A stretch of DNA of 37,172 nt from Gammaproteobacteria bacterium (GTDB lineage Bacteria; Pseudomonadota; Gammaproteobacteria; SZUA-229). Made by a program: the position numbers and the translations under genes. The notes beneath the pieces were generated by a model. That model was not told the origin of the DNA, searched no databases, and worked only from the letters and a program-made list of their open reading frames with translations. The stretch spans positions 1-37,172 of the forward strand of contig JAOUMO010000001.1 in the NCBI GenBank assembly GCA_029881425.1, written 5' to 3'. Positions 28,286 through 37,172 of this stretch are shown here, piece by piece (positions within the stretch are counted from its first letter, which is position 1; each line of letters opens with the position of its first letter).

Positions 28286-29059
28286 ATGACATTCAATCAA
28301 AAATTCAACGCCTTCAAAACAATTGTTATCAAGGAATATATGCGTTTCATCCGCATCTGGATTCAAACCGTAATTCCGCCCGCAATAACTACCGCACTCT
28401 ATTTCGTTATTTTTGGTGAACTGATAGGTTCACAAATTTCAGATATCAACGGATATAGTTATATGGATTATATTGTACCTGGACTAATACTCATGGCAGT
28501 GATAACCAACGCCTATGGCAATGTGGTCTCATCGTTCTATAGCGCTAAATTCCAGAAAAGCATCGAGGAACTTCTGGTCTCACCGGTACCCAACTACCTG
28601 ATTATTTCTGGTTATGTTTCTGGCGGTGTTGCACGAGGCCTTGTGGTTGGATTTGTTGTAACACTGGTAGCGATGTTTTTCTCTGACTTCCATGTCCACA
28701 ATATATTTGTGGCACTGGCTGTTTTTGTATTAACAGCAGTTTTATTTTCACTCGCAGGCTTTATTAATGCTGTATACGCAAAGAGCTTTGATGACATCAC
28801 CATCATCCCCACGTTTGTACTCACACCGCTTACTTATCTTGGTGGCATTTTTTATTCTATAGAGATGCTACCCGAGTTCTGGCAGAAGGTATCACTGCTC
28901 AATCCTATTCTTTACATGATCAATTCATTCCGCTACGGACTACTCGGCATCACTGACACAGACCTGATATCTGCCTTTGCAATTATTATTCTGTTTATTA
29001 TCGGGCTCTTTTGCTTCGCCATTTTTTTACTTAATCGGGGCACAGGAATAAAACAGTAA
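28286..29059 (+). CDS. ABC-2 type transporter permease (YadH-like)
   Basis: 257 aa with about six TM helices. It starts 2 nt after the ATPase stop. Confidence 0.85.
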   Translation: MTFNQKFNAFKTIVIKEYMRFIRIWIQTVIPPAITTALYFVIFGELIGSQISDINGYSYMDYIVPGLILMAVITNAYGNVVSSFYSAKFQKSIEELLVSPVPNYLIISGYVSGGVARGLVVGFVVTLVAMFFSDFHVHNIFVALAVFVLTAVLFSLAGFINAVYAKSFDDITIIPTFVLTPLTYLGGIFYSIEMLPEFWQKVSLLNPILYMINSFRYGLLGITDTDLISAFAIIILFIIGLFCFAIFLLNRGTGIKQ

Positions 29060-29063
29060 CACT

Positions 29064-30635
29064 CTATAAGTCATGAAACTGGTGAGCAAGCTCCTTTAGC
29101 TTACCAGCAACGGCTGTCAGTGAGGCTATTGTATCAACCGTTTGATTCATGCCATCTACTGTCAATTCATTAACTTCAGAAATACTACCAATTAGATCAC
29201 TAATATTTACGACATACTTACTTTGGTCATTAACATGAATGATAATATTTTCATTCATATCTTTTATCGTTTTTACTGCCTCACTAATTGAGGACAATGA
29301 TAAACCCGCCTGCGCAGCCTGATCTACAGTATTATGTGCCTTATCCCTGCCCAACTCCATCTGGCTTACTGAATTTTTTGCACCTTGCTGCAAACTTTCG
29401 ATCATGCTTTTTATTTCTTCTGTAGCCTCCTGCGTTCTACAGGCAAGTGATCTCACTTCATCGGCAACCACAGCAAAACCTCGCCCCTGCTCTCCCGCTC
29501 TCGCTGCTTCAATCGCCGCATTCAGTGCTAGCAGGTTTGTTTGTCCTGCAATGCCATTGATCACCTCCAGTACGCTACCGATTTGTTCACTTTCTGCCTC
29601 CAGTTTTTTTATAGAAACAGTCGCACTCTCTACCACACCAGCCAGTTCATCAATAGATTTAACTGTTTCAGTAACAACCTGATTCCCCTTGGCTGCAGCA
29701 TCACTGGCTATCAATGAAGCATCTTCTGCCTGTTTCACATTTTCCGCCACATTTCGGGCAGCCGACGATAACTGATCCATGTTTTTACAAACCTCTGCCG
29801 TCTCCTGGTCCTGGTGTTTTATTCCCTGCCCCGTCAAGGTTGAACCCGCCACCAGTTGCTCAGCGATCTCTTCCATATCACGTATGGTCTCAGTCATTCG
29901 TCCCAATACTGCTTCTTTCTGTGATTTGAGCATTTTAAATGCCAGCTGAATCTGGCCAATTTCTGAAACATTATTGCAATAAATCAGTTGCATTAATGGA
30001 TCATGATAAACAGCCCTTGCTTCAACAATGGTTCCGTGTAGACGCCGGGTTACTATAAAAATCCCACCAACACCAAACATGAGAGAACAGGCCACTGCCA
30101 TTAAATGTATAGCTGTTGATTGATTAAGAAACATACTGACCAGCAAAGGCAATATTGACAGGGCAAATAGAATAACTAACTGTGTAACAAATCCAATGAC
30201 AGGCAGGCGGAGCGACCAGGGCATGCGACCCTTATTGATCGTATCAAATATTGTCTGTGCGCGTTGTTTTTGCCCAGGTGTCGCTTTCTTTCTAACAGAC
30301 TGATACTCATTAACTTTACCCTGCTCTTTGACAGGCAGGACAAAGGCATCTACCCAGTAATAATCACCATTCTTGCAACGGTTTTTAACCAGCCCCATCC
30401 ATGCACAACCCTTTTTAAGGGTTTTCCATAAATCATCAAAGGCTGCGGGGGGCATGTCGGGGTGACGAACGATATTGTGTGGCTGTGAAATTAATTCTGA
30501 TTCAGAATAGCCACTGATATCACAAAACTCAGTATTTATGGATGTGATTTGTCCCTTCAGGTTTGTTGTAGATAATATAGTTGTGTTGTCATCAAGCTCT
30601 TTTTCGCTATTAGTAACAGGCTGATTATTTCTCAT
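29064..30635 (-). CDS. methyl-accepting chemotaxis protein with N-terminal cytoplasmic PAS domain (Aer-like)
   Basis: The PAS region is [44 protein letters not shown]...[14 protein letters not shown] hairpin follows. The MCP signalling hairpin core is [22 protein letters not shown]. Confidence 0.9.
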   Translation of the reverse strand: MRNNQPVTNSEKELDDNTTILSTTNLKGQITSINTEFCDISGYSESELISQPHNIVRHPDMPPAAFDDLWKTLKKGCAWMGLVKNRCKNGDYYWVDAFVLPVKEQGKVNEYQSVRKKATPGQKQRAQTIFDTINKGRMPWSLRLPVIGFVTQLVILFALSILPLLVSMFLNQSTAIHLMAVACSLMFGVGGIFIVTRRLHGTIVEARAVYHDPLMQLIYCNNVSEIGQIQLAFKMLKSQKEAVLGRMTETIRDMEEIAEQLVAGSTLTGQGIKHQDQETAEVCKNMDQLSSAARNVAENVKQAEDASLIASDAAAKGNQVVTETVKSIDELAGVVESATVSIKKLEAESEQIGSVLEVINGIAGQTNLLALNAAIEAARAGEQGRGFAVVADEVRSLACRTQEATEEIKSMIESLQQGAKNSVSQMELGRDKAHNTVDQAAQAGLSLSSISEAVKTIKDMNENIIIHVNDQSKYVVNISDLIGSISEVNELTVDGMNQTVDTIASLTAVAGKLKELAHQFHDL

Positions 30636-30783
30636 TTACTCCCTCTTCTCATCTACTTTTATTACCCTAATATGAAAGAGGTTAGCACTAAATAACTGTT
30701 TTGCAGGGAACTGTTATTTTTTTTTCAGTTCATGGCAACTTACTAATATTCCTTTATTGACTGCTCTAGACTGCTTTCTATGT

Positions 30784-31680
30784 CTAACTGCTCCATAACC
30801 AGGCTGCACCCCTGACACCACTCGAGTCACCGTATTTAGGCGGCACCAATTTTGTAAATACCTTGTCTGAAAAAACATACTGCCCCCAGATTGCCGGGAC
30901 ATTCTGGTACAGGCGTTGAATGTTTGACATGCCACCACCCAGTACAATCACATCCGGGTCGAGGATATTAATCACATGAGCCAGGCCACGCGCCAGTCGA
31001 TCTTCATAGGCCTGTAAACAATTTTCAGCAAGCACATCACCCTGTGATGCCTTTTTTACCACATCTTTTGACAACAATTTTTCACCTGACAATGATTCGT
31101 AATCACGCGCCATGCCCGGCCCCGATAAAAAAGTTTCGACACAACCCTGCTTGCCGCAATAACACAGTGGTCCTGGCCGCTCATTATCCTTTGGCCAGGG
31201 CAAGGGATTGTGCCCCCATTCCCCGGCAATCGCATTCGGTCCGGTTAACACCTGGCCATTTACCACCACGCCAGCGCCGGTACCCGTACCAATAATGACA
31301 CCGAACACAACGGCTGCACCAGCGGCAGCACCATCAGTGGCTTCAGACAGTGCAAAACAGTTGGCATCATTCGAGATACGAATGTCGCGCTGCAAAATCT
31401 TTTCCAGGTCCTGCTTCACTGGCATACCATTCATACAGACTGAATTTGAATTCCTTAACAGGCCGGTTGCCGGTGATAGGGCACCAGGGGTACCGATACC
31501 GATACTACCCTTTTTACCCAGGGTATTTTCGACATCAGCAATCAACGCCTGGATTGTTACAAGTATCTTTTCATAATCACCCTGTGGTGTTGCAACACGA
31601 CGGCGCAATAATTCCTGCCCCGTATTATCCAGTGCTATGGCTTCTATTTTGGTGCCACCCAGATCAATTCCAATGCGCAT
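30784..31680 (-). CDS. ROK family sugar kinase (N-acetylglucosamine kinase NagK-like)
   Basis: N-terminal MRIGIDLGGTKIE, NDANCFALSE, and the zinc motif GEWGHNPL...CYCGKQGCVETFLSG. It aligns well by eye to E. coli NagK. Confidence 0.82.
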   Translation of the reverse strand: MRIGIDLGGTKIEAIALDNTGQELLRRRVATPQGDYEKILVTIQALIADVENTLGKKGSIGIGTPGALSPATGLLRNSNSVCMNGMPVKQDLEKILQRDIRISNDANCFALSEATDGAAAGAAVVFGVIIGTGTGAGVVVNGQVLTGPNAIAGEWGHNPLPWPKDNERPGPLCYCGKQGCVETFLSGPGMARDYESLSGEKLLSKDVVKKASQGDVLAENCLQAYEDRLARGLAHVINILDPDVIVLGGGMSNIQRLYQNVPAIWGQYVFSDKVFTKLVPPKYGDSSGVRGAAWLWSS

Positions 31681-31692
31681 AATTTTTTCCCA

Positions 31693-32247
31693 TTATTTTT
31701 TTATACGTTCCGATTGCCAGTAAATTTCAGCCTCACCGGTTACCCTGTTCAGTGCCCTTGACGCTACAAATAGAAGATCTGACAGGCGATTAATATAGGC
31801 CGTGATCTGCTCGCTAAACGTAAACTCACGCGATAGTGACACGATGCTGCGTTCAGTACGTCGACAGACTGCGCGTGCCAGTTGACAGTGTGCAGCTGTT
31901 ACGCCACCACCCGGTAAAATAAACTCCTCTAGCGGCGGCAGGTCTTCATTCATTTTATCCAGCACCTGCTCCAGCCACTGGATACGTTCAGCGGTAATCA
32001 TCTCATAATCGGGCAGGGTCAACTGGCCGCCAAGATTGAACAGGTCATGCTGGATAGTCAGCAGTATTTCCTTTATGCCAGGATCGGTACAGGTACTCAC
32101 CACTATGCCCAGCACGGAATTTAATTCATCCACTTCACCAATAGCCGCGACACGCAAACTGTCCTTTTCCAGGCGGCTGCCATCACCCATGCCGGTGGTA
32201 CCCCCGTCGCCGGTCCGGGTGTAGATCTTTGATAATCGATAGCCCAT
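31693..32247 (-). CDS. PduO-type ATP:cob(I)alamin adenosyltransferase
   Basis: N-terminal KIYTRTGDGGTTG and IGEVDELNS are typical of the PduO/MMAB family. 184 aa. Confidence 0.88.
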   Translation of the reverse strand: MGYRLSKIYTRTGDGGTTGMGDGSRLEKDSLRVAAIGEVDELNSVLGIVVSTCTDPGIKEILLTIQHDLFNLGGQLTLPDYEMITAERIQWLEQVLDKMNEDLPPLEEFILPGGGVTAAHCQLARAVCRRTERSIVSLSREFTFSEQITAYINRLSDLLFVASRALNRVTGEAEIYWQSERIKK

Positions 32248-32321
32248 TTTATCTCTCTTGATGTTTACTCGTCGTTGATGTCGCTTATAATCAGGCCTTA
32301 ATCATTAAACCGCGCGGATCT

Positions 32322-33308
32322 ATGCTTCGACCTCCAGCCCTGTTACTCAGCCTGATTCTACTCAGTATTGGCAGTTTTATTCTTGCATTCTCTGTCGGTA
32401 GCTTCCAGCTTTCTGTTGCACAATTTGTTGCCCTGCTTGATGGCAGCGAAAATGAGATTACCCGCACCATCATCTGGGAGCTGCGTGCACCCCGCGCCTA
32501 TATCGCCTTTATTACCGGTGGCCTGCTGTCATTGGCCGGTGTGCTGATGCAGGTGTTATTGCGTAACCCGCTGGCCGACCCCTATATTCTGGGTGTCTCT
32601 GGTGGTGCGTCCGTGGCGGCACTGTTACTGATGTTTTTTGGCCTTTCGGGCAGCCTGGTGACCGGTGGTGCATTCATCGGTGCCCTTGTCTCCATCTTGC
32701 TGGTGTTCAGCCTCTCCCATGGCAAGGGGAACTGGAACCCGTCGCGCCTGCTACTCACCGGCGTGGTCATAGCCGCTGGCTGGGGCGCGATGATTAACTT
32801 TATTCTATCCATCAGCCCGGATAAACCCCTGCGCGGCATGCTATTCTGGTTAATGGGCGATATCAGCAACATAAGCCCTGGCGTTAGTGGCCTGCTGGCA
32901 TTACTTGCCGGCCTGCTCATCTGTTTTGCCCTGGCACGCCAGCTGAATATCCTGTCACGCGGCGACCTCCAGGCCAGCGCTCTGGGGATTGCAGTAAAGC
33001 CTTTACGTATCAGCCTGTTTTTAATCGCCTCGGCACTCACCGCCTTTGCCGTGGTCCAGGCGGGCAGCGTCGGTTTTGTTGGTTTGATTGTGCCACACAT
33101 GCTACGGCTGATTTCCGGCAGTGATCATCGGCTGTTGATACCTGCCTCGGTATTACTCGGCGGCAGCCTGCTGGTGATTTCAGATACCCTGGCACGTACC
33201 ATCATTGCACCACAGCAACTACCCGTCGGCGTCATTACCGCATTCATTGGCGTGCCCTTCTTCCTGTTCCTGCTCAACAAAAATTTTGGTCGACAGGTAA
33301 CCTCATGA
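32322..33308 (+). CDS. FecCD-family ABC permease (vitamin B12 / iron-chelate import, BtuC-like)
   Basis: 328-aa polytopic protein with FecCD-type motifs (LRNPLADPYILGVSGGAS, GFVGLIVPHMLRL, PVGVITAFIGVPFFLFLL). Confidence 0.85.
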   Translation: MLRPPALLLSLILLSIGSFILAFSVGSFQLSVAQFVALLDGSENEITRTIIWELRAPRAYIAFITGGLLSLAGVLMQVLLRNPLADPYILGVSGGASVAALLLMFFGLSGSLVTGGAFIGALVSILLVFSLSHGKGNWNPSRLLLTGVVIAAGWGAMINFILSISPDKPLRGMLFWLMGDISNISPGVSGLLALLAGLLICFALARQLNILSRGDLQASALGIAVKPLRISLFLIASALTAFAVVQAGSVGFVGLIVPHMLRLISGSDHRLLIPASVLLGGSLLVISDTLARTIIAPQQLPVGVITAFIGVPFFLFLLNKNFGRQVTS

Positions 33309-34072
33309 GCCGCTTGTCGCTACAGCAACTGGATGTGAGTATTGCCGGCAAGTCAATCTGTCGACAGCTTGACCTGTGTATAGAACCTGGCCAGGTCTGG
33401 GGCATACTGGGACGCAATGGCACCGGTAAGACAACCCTGATCCACACGCTGGCCGGTTTACGTGAAGCCGATGCCGGGGCGATCAGCCTGGACCAACAGG
33501 ATATAGCACAGTTAACACGCAAACAGGTTGCACAGAAGATCGGGGTATTGCTGCAACACACCGAGGACCCTTTTCCCTCCACGGTACTGGAAACCGTAGT
33601 CACCGGTCGCCACCCGCATATCAACCACTGGCAATGGGAGTCCCGCGAGGATTATCAACTGGCACAACAGGCGCTGGAACAGGTCGAGATGCTGGGTTTG
33701 CAACAGCGACAGGTGAACCAGTTATCCGGTGGTGAACGCCAGCGCGTGTCGATCGCCACACTACTAACACAGGACCCGGCTATTTTCCTGCTGGATGAAC
33801 CCAATACCCACCTCGACCTGAATTACCAGATCAGCCTGCTCAGTTACCTGAGTGATTATGTCCGGCAAAACCAGCGCAGTATCGTCATGAGCCTGCACGA
33901 CATTAATCTGGCCGCACGATTTTGTGACCATTTATTATTCCTGCTGGATGATGGCAAAACCCTTGCCGGGCCTACAGCTAAGTTATTGAATTCACACGAT
34001 CTTGAGGCCCTGTTCCAGCACCCCATCGATGTCATAGAGGGCCCCCGCGGCAATCTCTACATCCCCCGCTAG
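33305..34072 (+). CDS. ABC transporter ATP-binding protein (BtuD/FecE-like)
   Basis: Walker A GRNGTGKTT, LSGGERQR and IFLLDEPNTHLD. It overlaps the permease gene by 4 nt. Confidence 0.88.
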   Translation: MSRLSLQQLDVSIAGKSICRQLDLCIEPGQVWGILGRNGTGKTTLIHTLAGLREADAGAISLDQQDIAQLTRKQVAQKIGVLLQHTEDPFPSTVLETVVTGRHPHINHWQWESREDYQLAQQALEQVEMLGLQQRQVNQLSGGERQRVSIATLLTQDPAIFLLDEPNTHLDLNYQISLLSYLSDYVRQNQRSIVMSLHDINLAARFCDHLLFLLDDGKTLAGPTAKLLNSHDLEALFQHPIDVIEGPRGNLYIPR

Positions 34073-34074
34073 CA

Positions 34075-34103
34075 TTGACAGTTTTCACGTCTGCCCGTAC
34101 AGT
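34075..34103 (+). promoter_or_regulatory. sigma70-type promoter for the riboswitch-btuB transcript
   Basis: TTGACA (34075-34080), 17-nt spacer, TACAGT (34098-34103). The predicted start is about 10 nt before the aptamer P1 helix. Confidence 0.6.
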
Positions 34104-34120
34104 GCACGTCCTTATTTTTG

Positions 34121-34309
34121 TTTCAGGTGTCCCTCCCTTGTTCTCAAGGTGGGATTAAACGGGAAACTGGTGCGTCGAAAGACAAGTCCAGTGCTGCCCC
34201 CGCAACGGTAAGTGAGTAAAGTTGAATTATCAGGCCACTGTGTATCCACATGGGAAGGCAATTCAATCGAAGCCTGGCTTCACTCACGAGCCCGGAGACC
34301 GGCCTGAAA
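34121..34309 (+). promoter_or_regulatory. cobalamin (B12) riboswitch aptamer
   Basis: Conserved blocks GGTGGGATTAAACGGGAAACTGGTGCG, GCTGCCCCCGCAACGGTAA and GCCACTG...GGGAAGGC. The B12 box AGCCCGGAGACCGGCC is at 34289-34304. The closing helix is TTTCAGG (34121-27) paired with CCTGAAA (34303-09). It lies directly upstream of a TonB-dependent receptor. Confidence 0.9.
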
Positions 34310-34421
34310 CATTCACACAGGACTGCGGCGGGCGGTTCCGATGAGAATGTTTTGCAGCATATCCCATCTGAAGCCCACCACAGCCCATAGATAACAGCAC
34401 GGGCGGTGCTTCGGAGAAACA

Positions 34422-36272
34422 ATGCGTCATTCATTTATTTATTCTGCTCTTTTCACAACAGCTTTAGCCACAAGCTTTACTGCCACCGCAGGAACAAACC
34501 TGGAACCGGTCTTTGTTACCGCAACCAGAACACCCCTGACGGTTAATAGTGCCCTGGCTGCAACAACCGTACTGACACGCAGGGACATTGAATTATCCCA
34601 GGCCAACAGCCTGCCTGAACTATTAACGGGCAAGAGCGGTATAGACATGTCGATCAGTGGTGGCTATGGCAAGCAAAGCACGCTGAGTCTTCGCGGCACC
34701 AATACCAACCACACACTGTTCCTGATTGACGGCGTTAATATTGGCTCGGCCACTAATGGCAGCACCGCGTTTCAACACATCCCGCTGGAACTAGTCGAAC
34801 AGATTGAAATTGTACGTGGCCCCAGATCCAGTCTTTATGGTTCACAGGCCATTGGTGGCGTGATTAATGTCATCACGCGTAAAGGTAGCAAAAACACCAG
34901 GGGGCATTTAAGTGCTAGCAGCGGCTCCGAGGATACTTATGAATTAAACAGCGGTATCAGTGGCTCAACCGGTAATGCCGAATTAAGTTTAAACGCCAGC
35001 ATTTTCAAAACCGAAGGCATCGATGCCAATGTAAAAAGAAATGCGGACAATGATGCCTATGAGAATCGTTCATTCAATGCCAGCTTTACCGATAAGGTCA
35101 GTGACAAACTGGAGTTTGGGCTTAATCTATTACATGTCCAGGCCCATTCTGATTACGATGGTTATACTGCTTCAAAAACCTATATGTCAGAGACACAGCA
35201 AAATATTCTGAATAGCAACATCAAAACATTCCTCACCAACAACTGGGATAGCTCCTTACACGTTAGCGCTAGCAGGGATGAAGAAAGCCATTACACTGAC
35301 AATGTCTTTAGTGACCAGTTCGACACCAGCCGTGTTAAAACATCCTGGCAGAATGATATTCACCTGGATAAAAACGTAATAACACTGGGCTATGAACATA
35401 TCCAGGAAAAGATTGATTCCAGCAGCACATTTACCCAGACCAGCCGTATCAAAAAGGCAGCCTTTGCCGAAATACAAAGCCAGTTTTCTTCACAGGACCT
35501 GGTGGTTTCATTACGCCAGGAAAATGATGAATCATTTGGTCACCACAAAACGGGGAACATCGACTGGCGTTACACCCTGAATGAAAACTACAGTATATCC
35601 GCCGCCTATGGAACGGCATTTAACAGCCCAACCTTTAATGATCTTTACTTCCCGTTTACTGATTACAGTTTTCCACCTTACTTCTACTACAGTTTTGTTG
35701 GCAACCCCGACCTGTTACCAGAGGAATCCAGTTCGACTGAACTCGGTTTTAGATTTATACAGGATGACTGGAAACTGGATATCCGTCTATATAAAACAAC
35801 AATCACAAACCTGATAAACCTAAGTGGCTACATTGATGGCGGCGACCCGGAAACAAAAATTAATATCGGCAAGGCGTCAATAGATGGTATTGAAACCGCC
35901 TTATCAACCGTGATTGCCGACTGGGATATCCAGCTCAACATAGACCTGCTGGACCCTGTTGATACAAGCACAGACAAGGTACTTAGACGTCGCGCAAAAC
36001 AGGTGGGCAGCCTTGCCGTAGACAGAAACTTTGGCAGCTACAGCATTGGCGCCACCGTCAGTGCCAGTGGCAGGAAGTACGATGATAATGAAAATACCGA
36101 TGAAATTGCGGGCCATGGGCGCACGGATATACGCACGACCCTGAAGCTCGACAAAAACCTGATGCTGAAAGCAAAAATTGACAACCTGTTTGACAGGGAA
36201 TATCAAACAACAAAAGACTACAACTCCCTTGGAAAAATGATATTTGTATCCATGCACCTGTCATTTGAATAA
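34422..36272 (+). CDS. btuB: TonB-dependent vitamin B12 receptor
   Basis: Signal peptide, TonB box-like EPVFVTATR, a plug domain (RGPRSSLYGSQAIGGVINVITRKG) and a 22-strand-size barrel. It is preceded by a cobalamin riboswitch. Confidence 0.88.
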   Translation: MRHSFIYSALFTTALATSFTATAGTNLEPVFVTATRTPLTVNSALAATTVLTRRDIELSQANSLPELLTGKSGIDMSISGGYGKQSTLSLRGTNTNHTLFLIDGVNIGSATNGSTAFQHIPLELVEQIEIVRGPRSSLYGSQAIGGVINVITRKGSKNTRGHLSASSGSEDTYELNSGISGSTGNAELSLNASIFKTEGIDANVKRNADNDAYENRSFNASFTDKVSDKLEFGLNLLHVQAHSDYDGYTASKTYMSETQQNILNSNIKTFLTNNWDSSLHVSASRDEESHYTDNVFSDQFDTSRVKTSWQNDIHLDKNVITLGYEHIQEKIDSSSTFTQTSRIKKAAFAEIQSQFSSQDLVVSLRQENDESFGHHKTGNIDWRYTLNENYSISAAYGTAFNSPTFNDLYFPFTDYSFPPYFYYSFVGNPDLLPEESSSTELGFRFIQDDWKLDIRLYKTTITNLINLSGYIDGGDPETKINIGKASIDGIETALSTVIADWDIQLNIDLLDPVDTSTDKVLRRRAKQVGSLAVDRNFGSYSIGATVSASGRKYDDNENTDEIAGHGRTDIRTTLKLDKNLMLKAKIDNLFDREYQTTKDYNSLGKMIFVSMHLSFE

Positions 36273-36292
36273 TAGAGGCCCTGTAAGCAGAT

Positions 36293-36919
36293 ATGAACTA
36301 TAAAATACCCATCTTTATATTCATATCTACTGCTGCCCATTTTCTTGTGCTGGGTGCCTACAGCAACAGGAGCATATCTTTTGATCATGCAACACAAGCG
36401 GGCTACAGCACTTTAGAAGTCGAAATATCTGCACAAAAATCCAGAAATAAAAACATCGATGTTATCCAGAAAACCATCTCAAGTGCTACCGATAAAACAT
36501 CAAAGCCACTGGACGAGCTTGATACTGAGCAACAACATCAAAAAGTAGCGCAGACAACACCGATAAAAAAACAAACCGTTGCTGTAAATACACAACAGGC
36601 AATCTCAACGGGCAATAAAAAGGAACCTGATATCCTCCTGGTCACGCATATTCTAAAAAATGGATTTTCCAGGCATTTCTATTATCCGAAAACCGCACAA
36701 CGGCGTTCCTGGCAGGGTAAGGTACTGCTTGAATTCACCATCACCTCCAGCGGCAATATAGAGAAAATACATATCAACAGCAGCTCCGGTTATAGCGTGC
36801 TCGATAATGCGGCAATTGATGCCCTGAAAAAAATAGAAGAAAATAATGAATTTGCCCTGGCGCTCAATGGCCATAGCATAGAACAAATTCTACCTGTCAC
36901 TTATAAACTGATAGACTAG
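36293..36919 (+). CDS. TonB family energy transducer (C-terminal domain protein)
   Basis: N-terminal TM helix and a polar linker. The TonB_C signature is YPKTAQRRSWQGKVLLEFTITSSGNIEKIHINSSSGYSVLDNAAIDALKK. Confidence 0.8.
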   Translation: MNYKIPIFIFISTAAHFLVLGAYSNRSISFDHATQAGYSTLEVEISAQKSRNKNIDVIQKTISSATDKTSKPLDELDTEQQHQKVAQTTPIKKQTVAVNTQQAISTGNKKEPDILLVTHILKNGFSRHFYYPKTAQRRSWQGKVLLEFTITSSGNIEKIHINSSSGYSVLDNAAIDALKKIEENNEFALALNGHSIEQILPVTYKLID

Positions 36920-36947
36920 CCCCCAATATTTTAGAGAAGCCCTAACT

Positions 36948-37172
36948 ATGTCAGATGCTAGCGAACGCCACCAACAACGTATGCAACGCAAAAAACAGGT
37001 GGTTGATGAAAAAATTGCGCAGGCTACCGAGGACCGGGGCGTACTACTGATACACACAGGCAACGGCAAGGGTAAAAGCTCCGCCGCCTTTGGCATGGTT
37101 GCGCGTGCACTGGGACACGACATGAAGGTCGGCATTATCCAGTTTATCAAGGGCGCCTTTTCCACCGGTGAA
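36948..37172 (+). CDS. cobO: CobA/CobO/BtuR-type cob(I)yrinic acid a,c-diamide adenosyltransferase, N-terminal 75 codons (truncated by window edge)
   Basis: This ORF is not in the supplied track because it has no stop. My translation is MSDASERHQQRMQRKKQVVDEKIAQATEDRGVLLIHTGNGKGKSSAAFGMVARALGHDMKVGIIQFIKGAFSTGE. It closely parallels E. coli BtuR (..QQRQQKVK..ERGIIIVFTGNGKGKTTAAFG..VGVVQFIKG). Confidence 0.88.
   Translation, partial: MSDASERHQQRMQRKKQVVDEKIAQATEDRGVLLIHTGNGKGKSSAAFGMVARALGHDMKVGIIQFIKGAFSTGE

Noticed and set aside
30690-30725. Apparent hairpin plus T9 run between the ROK gene and the MCP gene
   Set aside because: The two ACTGTT segments are direct repeats, not inverted ones, so no stem forms. 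The T-run is also on the wrong strand for either flanking minus-strand gene.

Overview
This window is a chromosomal, mostly housekeeping segment of a gammaproteobacterium. I cannot place the genus from the roughly 390 nt of 16S present.

Gene content, left to right:
- 5' end of a 16S rRNA gene (minus strand) with a stringent-type rrn promoter.
- tyrS, a CapA-like lipoprotein, an M23 peptidase and anmK.
- A short-type citrate synthase, erpA, a bactofilin plus membrane coiled-coil pair, and argC.
- hemJ, rppH, a HAD-IB hydrolase and an HDOD protein.
- dcd, apbC and metG.
- A small accessory insert: PilZ plus two paralogous small acidic proteins.
- rnfABCDGE-nth-DUF1841.
- A secreted Cys-repeat HvfA-like peptide, followed by an ORF-free gap.
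- A hypothetical gene plus TetR, divergent from an ABC-2 exporter.
- An Aer-like PAS chemoreceptor.
- A ROK kinase and a PduO-type adenosyltransferase.
- A B12 uptake locus: btuCD-like genes, then promoter, cobalamin riboswitch, btuB, tonB and cobO (truncated at the right edge).

I found no transposase, integrase, tRNA, CRISPR array or recognisable defence genes.

Most worth a second look:
1. The EGKCG-repeat peptide, which has no MNIO/DUF692 maturase beside it and is followed by an ORF-free gap.
2. The PilZ plus two carrier-protein-like paralogs that lack the phosphopantetheine serine.
3. An orphan intrinsic terminator and stacked palindromes between pilZ and rnfA, which suggest an unannotated small transcript or an operator.

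All functional calls rest on motif recognition by eye. No searches were run.
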